Positions 58,381 to 64,000 of a stretch of 64,000 bases of DNA are shown in pieces (position 1 is the first letter of the stretch; the number at the start of each line of letters is the position of its first letter). This DNA is from Promethearchaeota archaeon. Lineage in GTDB: Archaea > Asgardarchaeota > Thorarchaeia > Thorarchaeales > Thorarchaeaceae. The stretch lies in contig WJMJ01000046.1 in NCBI GenBank assembly GCA_014728035.1, positions 96,001 to 160,000 of the forward strand, given 5' to 3'. A program made the translations under genes and the position numbers. The notes beneath the pieces are model-generated. The model saw nothing but the letters and a program-made list of their open reading frames with translations, searched no databases and was not told the origin of the DNA.

Positions 58381-59324
58381 TTATCGCGCCCCACCATTAA
58401 CAGGCTTTTTCCAGGCCCACCAGAAAGCAATAGATCCTTCAATTCTTCCGGAACAGATGGTTTTGTCAGTGATGCATTCTCCAATAATTGTCTTGACTCC
58501 TCAATGTAATGCTTGAGAAGTAAACGCATTAACCCTAATTTCTGGCTGTCCTTATCAACATAAAGACTGAAGACGCCATTGGGCACTGCATAAATGAAAT
58601 GACGCATATTGTCTGTTTCACAAAGAACTGTTTGGAGAGAACTATTACGAAGAGTTCGGATTACTCGTTCAGAAGCATCATGAAGGGCGAAAGACATGGC
58701 TGCTAAACGGTCATCGGTAAAGCCATCAAGTGAAACTCTAACACCACCACTTAGAGCAAGAAAAACAGTGGAGATATTTGGGATACTATCATGGACCTGA
58801 CGAAGAAGAGACCTTAAACTTAACGCACGCGACCTATCTAATGATACAATAGAACGTTTTAGTGAGTACTGGGTTGTATCAATTTCAGAAACAGAAAATC
58901 CTTGAAGCACTTTCTGGGTTTCATCAGAACTGAATGAACGAAGTGGCGGAAGGTTCCCTTCTAGATGTTGTTTCAAAAGGAATGAAACACGAGACAAATT
59001 ATCTTTCATTTCAATGAACAATGCAGCGAGGTTAACACGTGGTGCAGTCGTAACGGCAAGAAAGTAATTCGAGTCTTTAGGTAAAGATGCTAAGAATACT
59101 TTTGATGTTTCTGATTCCATAAGAAGATATTTGAAATTCCCATGGATTAATCGCGCAACTCCAAATATTGCACATGTGGAGGATGCAACCGCAAAGACCT
59201 CATCCTTACTGAACCACACTCCAGCACTTGCAACAGGTAAGCCATCTTTTTGAATCAGAACTACATTTTCAACGCCAGTTATGTTCTTAATCTTTTGAAG
59301 AGTTTCATTCAACTCGTCGGTCAT
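58377..59324 (-). CDS. Tandem roadblock/LC7 (MglB-like) domain protein
   Basis: Two units: L.KI..I.GV..V.LI.KDGL..AS and L.....IP.I....LA..GG...S..LAAMS.AL. Confidence 0.85.
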   Translation of the reverse strand: MTDELNETLQKIKNITGVENVVLIQKDGLPVASAGVWFSKDEVFAVASSTCAIFGVARLIHGNFKYLLMESETSKVFLASLPKDSNYFLAVTTAPRVNLAALFIEMKDNLSRVSFLLKQHLEGNLPPLRSFSSDETQKVLQGFSVSEIDTTQYSLKRSIVSLDRSRALSLRSLLRQVHDSIPNISTVFLALSGGVRVSLDGFTDDRLAAMSFALHDASERVIRTLRNSSLQTVLCETDNMRHFIYAVPNGVFSLYVDKDSQKLGLMRLLLKHYIEESRQLLENASLTKPSVPEELKDLLLSGGPGKSLLMVGRDK

Positions 59325-59405
59325 TCATTCAGCCTCGAACCGATATGGTCCGTAGTATGATTAAGACTCTCAATATATAATCCCCACACAGATTTGAGAG
59401 GACAA

Positions 59406-60698
59406 TTACATATGAATAAGAGCTGCATCTGGAACTTCTTGAAAAATTTCTCGTGAGGCCTTACCTACCTTTTTCCTAAATGGTTCACGAGTATACACTC
59501 GGATTACGTCAAGGTAAACTTTCATCATTTCTGCTATATTGGAGAGATCTGATAGATTTCTAGTGATTTTTTTACCTTCTATGATTTCGTAAATACTTAT
59601 TTCCATTGGATCCATTTGATGCGGATTATATGGGACAGAAGGAAGTGTAGGAACATCAACAATGACTTCCTCAGGAGGCACATCAGCTGATTCTGCAATC
59701 TCGTCTTGAATGCTCTCTCTAACTCTTTTCTTTGTTAGAAGTTTTGATACAAAACGGTCTTGAGTATGTAGAACTTTCTCAAAGGATGATTTGTATAATT
59801 TTCGGGAGTCAAGCAAGTTAACCATTTTTACAGCCTCTTGAGCATCCTCAGAAATAGAAGAATCAAGATCTCTTATTTGTGAAAAGAGAGACATATCATC
59901 TAACTCCAGAAAGTGATCAGGCTCAGAAAAGCTAGTTAATCCTAATTCACTATCAGCCGCATTCATCAAATGTACTAGCATAACTTCTACACTTCTGACA
60001 GTTTTATGATAATAAACATTTAGAAACATTTCATAACGAGCAACTAAGAATGACTCCAACGCCCCTCTTGCATTTATATCAAATTCAAGAGTACCAGTAT
60101 CAGAAACTTCGAGACTATTGATTAAACGATGGATATCGACGAGTCCGTAATTAACCCCACAATAAAAAGAGTCGCGAATTAGATAGTCCATCTTATCAGC
60201 ATCTACTTGACCAGCAACAATCCCACTTGTGATTATATCATTGGGTTCAATCACACGCCCCCTAACAAGGTGAGATATACGATTCTTTGAAACACCACCA
60301 TCCCCAAGAATATCTCCTACTACACTATTTAGTATAAGCCACTCAGTTACATCTTCATGATTCCAACCTCTATGTTCGATTAAACATTCTTCGAATACAT
60401 GACTAAATGGACCATGGCCTAAATCATGAAGAAGAGCAGCTAATCGGATATCTTGCAAATCGTCTTCATCTAATCCAATCTGTGGCAACAACCGTTCACC
60501 AAGAAGCCCAGCTAGATATAGTGCACCAATACAATGACCAAATCTACTGTGTTCTGCGGTGGGATACACAAAATGGCCTCCAGACAGTTGCCGAACTCGG
60601 CGTAATCGTTGATATGGTTCAGAGTCAATTATTTTCATTTCAATAGGAGTAAGATGAATAAATCCATGTACCGGATCATTAATTTCAATGGTGGTCAT
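59406..60698 (-). CDS. HD-domain dNTP triphosphohydrolase-like protein (SAMHD1/YwfO type)
   Basis: DPVHG, QRLRR..QL, HSRF.H, LLHDLGHGPFSH, DAD.MDYL.RD, R..MF..VYYH. Confidence 0.9.
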   Translation of the reverse strand: MTTIEINDPVHGFIHLTPIEMKIIDSEPYQRLRRVRQLSGGHFVYPTAEHSRFGHCIGALYLAGLLGERLLPQIGLDEDDLQDIRLAALLHDLGHGPFSHVFEECLIEHRGWNHEDVTEWLILNSVVGDILGDGGVSKNRISHLVRGRVIEPNDIITSGIVAGQVDADKMDYLIRDSFYCGVNYGLVDIHRLINSLEVSDTGTLEFDINARGALESFLVARYEMFLNVYYHKTVRSVEVMLVHLMNAADSELGLTSFSEPDHFLELDDMSLFSQIRDLDSSISEDAQEAVKMVNLLDSRKLYKSSFEKVLHTQDRFVSKLLTKKRVRESIQDEIAESADVPPEEVIVDVPTLPSVPYNPHQMDPMEISIYEIIEGKKITRNLSDLSNIAEMMKVYLDVIRVYTREPFRKKVGKASREIFQEVPDAALIHM

Positions 60699-60712
60699 TA
60701 TTATACCCCAAT

Positions 60713-61456
60713 CTATACTTGTGGCTCAAAGCTCCTTAATTTTTTTACTAGAAGCTCTGCGGTTTTCAACTCGGATACACAAAGTGGAAGATGTATACTA
60801 TCAGCAATTTTAACAGCTAATGGGTCTAATTCTTTAACACCTTGTAACACAACAACAGCGGGTTTTACAGCCAAGGAGGTTCCTATCTGACTGGCTTTTA
60901 TTGCAACCATTGGAGACCTCCCCGAACTGACATTTGTCAGAATAGCAGCCCTCTGAGTTGTGCCTCCATAAAGACGTAAAAGCTGCTGTGGAGTTAGAGA
61001 AACTATCGCATTTACACTGTCCAGTGCGGTAAACCCATAAATGTCACGGTCTAAAAGGGATCGATGTGTTAGAATTCGACAGTCTAAGCATTCAATGAGA
61101 TATCGGGCGGGTACTGGAACTCCAAATTCACGACTATCTAGAATTGCCTCTGAAGAAATTTCTGGAGCAATAAGCTTTTCCAATGCCATAGCGATTCTCC
61201 CACCTCTAGCTGCATCCATCTCAATTAGGCCTTCAACAAACCGTTTAATTGTATCTACACGAGGAGATTTTCTTCTCCCACTTTCATAATCACTAATTAC
61301 AGATGGAAAAACATCCAAATGTTTCGCTAAGTCTTTTTGAGAGATTTGGAAGCGTTCACGCCATCGTTTCATAATAGACCCAGGATTAGTTTCAGATAAA
61401 CAAATCTCACCAGCCATTTCTTCTGCTAGTCTTTGAATTGTTCCACTTTGAACCAT
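60713..61456 (-). CDS. XRE-HTH regulator (COG1709-like)
   Basis: AGEI.LS, WRE.F..SQ.DLA, SVISDYESGRRKSP, VS.GRSPMVAI. Confidence 0.85.
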   Translation of the reverse strand: MVQSGTIQRLAEEMAGEICLSETNPGSIMKRWRERFQISQKDLAKHLDVFPSVISDYESGRRKSPRVDTIKRFVEGLIEMDAARGGRIAMALEKLIAPEISSEAILDSREFGVPVPARYLIECLDCRILTHRSLLDRDIYGFTALDSVNAIVSLTPQQLLRLYGGTTQRAAILTNVSSGRSPMVAIKASQIGTSLAVKPAVVVLQGVKELDPLAVKIADSIHLPLCVSELKTAELLVKKLRSFEPQV

Positions 61457-61549
61457 ACCACTATTTTTGTATGTGACGCTGATAAGACTTGCGAGCTACA
61501 ACCGAAGCACTCAAAGAGTAATATGAAAATTGAAATCACGGTTCAGAAT

Positions 61550-62320
61550 ATGTTCTTCATATTTGTAATTGGTACCGCAGGTAGCGGAAAATCAGCTCTA
61601 ACAGCAGCGTTTGAAAAATGGCTGGCCACATCAGAGTTAGGTGTTACTGTCGTAAATCTTGATCCCGGAGTTGAAGACCCACCATACACCAGTGATGTGG
61701 ATATCAGAGAGTACGTTGATTATGGACAGATTATGCACGAATTTGGTCTAGGTCCAAATGGAGCTCTTGTTGCAGCACTGGATATGGCTATAAGTCATAT
61801 CGATGATCTGAAGGAAGAGATAATCGATTATGGAAGAAATTATGTATTGATAGACTGTCCGGGACAAATGGAATTATTTGCATATAGAAATTCAGGTCCT
61901 CTCCTCATATCTAGTTTGAAGGGAAATAATCCCGCCTTATCGTTATACCTATTGGATGCAAATATCGTACGAACCCCACCAGGCTACCTATCATCTATGT
62001 TATTAGGAATTTCAATAAACATTCGATTCTCATTGCCACAAATTGGTATTCTGAGTAAATCTGATTTGTTATCCGAAGAGAAAGTAAACGAAATTATTTC
62101 ATGGTCAACACAGCCATTCATTCTACAGGATGCTTTGGATATAACAGCAGAAGGAATGCTTAAGGAATATTCTTCTTCGATTTTGCGAGTGCTTGAAGAT
62201 ATTGGAAGTGGGTCATCTGTGTTGCCTATATCATCACGTCAGATGGAAGGAATGGAGATTCTATATGGGGAAATCCAGAGAATTCTTGCGGGAGGAGAAA
62301 ACTACCAAACATACGAGTAG
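61550..62320 (+). CDS. GPN-loop GTPase
   Basis: GTAGSGKS, NLDPG, LGPNGAL, DCPGQME.F. Confidence 0.92.
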   Translation: MFFIFVIGTAGSGKSALTAAFEKWLATSELGVTVVNLDPGVEDPPYTSDVDIREYVDYGQIMHEFGLGPNGALVAALDMAISHIDDLKEEIIDYGRNYVLIDCPGQMELFAYRNSGPLLISSLKGNNPALSLYLLDANIVRTPPGYLSSMLLGISINIRFSLPQIGILSKSDLLSEEKVNEIISWSTQPFILQDALDITAEGMLKEYSSSILRVLEDIGSGSSVLPISSRQMEGMEILYGEIQRILAGGENYQTYE

Positions 62321-62321
62321 G

Positions 62322-63350
62322 ATGTCCCTAATGCACGAATACTTAATTGATATTTCAGGCGAAATTCCACATCTTGGAAAAGCCGAAGTTGATTCGCTTG
62401 TTGAAAATCATGATGGGGTATATAATCTCACATGGAATGGTACAGATGGAACATTGAAAACACAAAATAATCCAATTGAATTTCTGATAGATAGAGCTGC
62501 ATACTTGAAGAGAATCGTGAAAATCCTAAACAAAATTCCACGTGATACCTTGATTGCTCATTTGATGGATAAGGATATACTATCACGAATTGCACCATTT
62601 TCAAGCTTCAGTGTAAGAACGGAGTCTAGAATAAATGACTCATCTGAAGTTCGCGAGAGAATAACAAGAAAAATTGGAGCAAAAATTAAGAGTGTTTCAG
62701 GAGCTAAGGTATGTTTGGATTATCCCGAAAGAAAGTTTCTTGTTATCATGGACTCTTCAGAAATCATCCTAGGAGAGTATTACAATTCTAGAGTTCGCCC
62801 AAAACTTAGAAAACTAAAAACTGGAATGAGAAGATACTTTCATCCCTCAATGATGAATGCTTTTTTAGCTCGATCCATGTGTAACCTCGCAGGAGTAAAA
62901 AAGGGAAATATTGTGTTGGACCCATTCTGTGGAGCTGGTGGTTTGTTATGCGAGATTGCAGATGTAGGAGCAATTCCAGTAGGCATTGATTTGAGTTGGA
63001 AATTGGTAAATGGGGCACGTCTGAATCTGGAGGAGGATAGAATTCAGAGATATGGACTAGTCCAAGGTGATGCTTTTTCAATTCCAATCGAGAGATGTGA
63101 CTGTATTGTTACGGACCCGCCCTATGGAAGGTGTAGTTCAACTAGGGGAGCTCATTCAAAGCATCTTGTAAGGAGTCTAATCGAACAAGCACCGGAAATA
63201 GTCAAGCCAACAGGAAAAATATGCATTGGAGCTAGTTCTAAAATGAATGTGGATCAGATTATTGAGGATTTCGATATATCTACAAAATATAAAATATCTA
63301 TACCAGTTCATAAAGGGCTTATTAGAGAGATATTTGTTTTTAATGTCTAG
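62322..63350 (+). CDS. trm11: THUMP-domain tRNA m2G10 methyltransferase (Trm11-like)
   Basis: FHPSMM, LAR.M.NLA, DPFCG.GG, TDPPYG, VH..L.R. Confidence 0.85.
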   Translation: MSLMHEYLIDISGEIPHLGKAEVDSLVENHDGVYNLTWNGTDGTLKTQNNPIEFLIDRAAYLKRIVKILNKIPRDTLIAHLMDKDILSRIAPFSSFSVRTESRINDSSEVRERITRKIGAKIKSVSGAKVCLDYPERKFLVIMDSSEIILGEYYNSRVRPKLRKLKTGMRRYFHPSMMNAFLARSMCNLAGVKKGNIVLDPFCGAGGLLCEIADVGAIPVGIDLSWKLVNGARLNLEEDRIQRYGLVQGDAFSIPIERCDCIVTDPPYGRCSSTRGAHSKHLVRSLIEQAPEIVKPTGKICIGASSKMNVDQIIEDFDISTKYKISIPVHKGLIREIFVFNV

Positions 63351-63772
63351 TTTTGAACAATACGTCCACCTTTTGTTGGAGGAGTAAACCATTTGAGAAA
63401 TATTTCAAATCGATTCATTTCTTCAAAAAACAGCTCAACAAGTATACTTCCAAGAGGGGGGTCTTCAGCAGAATCATCCAAGATACGAAAACGTCCAACA
63501 GTAATTGCTTGTTTATCAAACTTGAAGAAAGTACTTGTTCCATTCCAGTTTTGTTCAAGTCGTTTCCGGACAGTATCAATTATTCTTAAATTATGAATCA
63601 AGTCTCTCAAAAGTTCAAGCGTTTCTTGGTCATTTGATGTATAAATTAGATAGCGAGTACCCATTATCTCCGTTATTTCAAAAGAAAGTGGAAAGAAGAT
63701 CACCTCAATGCTACTTTTGATAACTTCAACAGATTCAGTAGAGTATACGGGACAACGAACAGCATATTTCAA
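63347..63772 (-). CDS. DUF54/UPF0201 RNA-binding protein
   Basis: PVYSTE, I.DT.R, DKQA..VG, PPLG.I, W..P.T..G. Confidence 0.75.
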   Translation of the reverse strand: MKYAVRCPVYSTESVEVIKSSIEVIFFPLSFEITEIMGTRYLIYTSNDQETLELLRDLIHNLRIIDTVRKRLEQNWNGTSTFFKFDKQAITVGRFRILDDSAEDPPLGSILVELFFEEMNRFEIFLKWFTPPTKGGRIVQN

Positions 63773-63773
63773 T

Positions 63774-64000
63774 TCACAACAACTCTTTGATGGTATTGGT
63801 ACATATAATCTGAAATTTTTCAAGTGATAATTCATTGACAAGCATTATATCACTCATAGCAATTACCCCACCCAGTCCAACAGAGAGTTCCCTAATATCT
63901 CGCTCTTTGAAGGATTCCCAGTCTGTTGGGGCGTCATCGCGCTTTCTTTCTTGTAGACGATTGAATCGAGTATTAGGAGAAGCATGAACGCATACTATCT
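63774..64000 (-). CDS. UPF0200 / dephospho-CoA-kinase-like P-loop protein (5' partial, not in the ORF track)
   Basis: Manual translation VHASPNTRFNRL..R.RDDAP..WE.F.ERD.REL..GLG.VIA.SD...VNE. Confidence 0.75.
   Translation of the reverse strand, partial: IVCVHASPNTRFNRLQERKRDDAPTDWESFKERDIRELSVGLGGVIAMSDIMLVNELSLEKFQIICTNTIKELL

Overview
Gene-dense archaeal chromosomal segment, most consistent with an Asgard archaeon (Thorarchaeota-like). This is an inference from archaeal information-processing genes, PolD DP1, and a roadblock/DENN-like/MglA-type GTPase cluster. Most of the window is housekeeping: eL15-Rpp30-Pop5; GINS-PriS-PCNA-RPA14-TFS-RpoL-Csl4; Cdc6; DP1; eS1; uS15; KEOPS; PyrG; NurA-HerA; GPN GTPase; Trm11. 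Not explained by the ORF track: (i) two tRNA genes with non-canonical bulge-helix-bulge introns, Ser-CGA with two introns and Leu-UAG with a 43/44 intron; (ii) an accessory islet at about 8.2-11 kb with a decayed toxin-antitoxin pair, a tandem winged-helix protein directly preceded by a 12-bp tandem array and an AT-rich tract, and an orphan mvhD; (iii) an HdrCB-HdrA-HdrA/MvhD operon ending in an unusual 753-aa repeated-wHTH plus ferredoxin protein; (iv) a structured leader upstream of eL15 and ORB-like boxes upstream of cdc6. All calls come from reading motifs by eye; no database searches were run.
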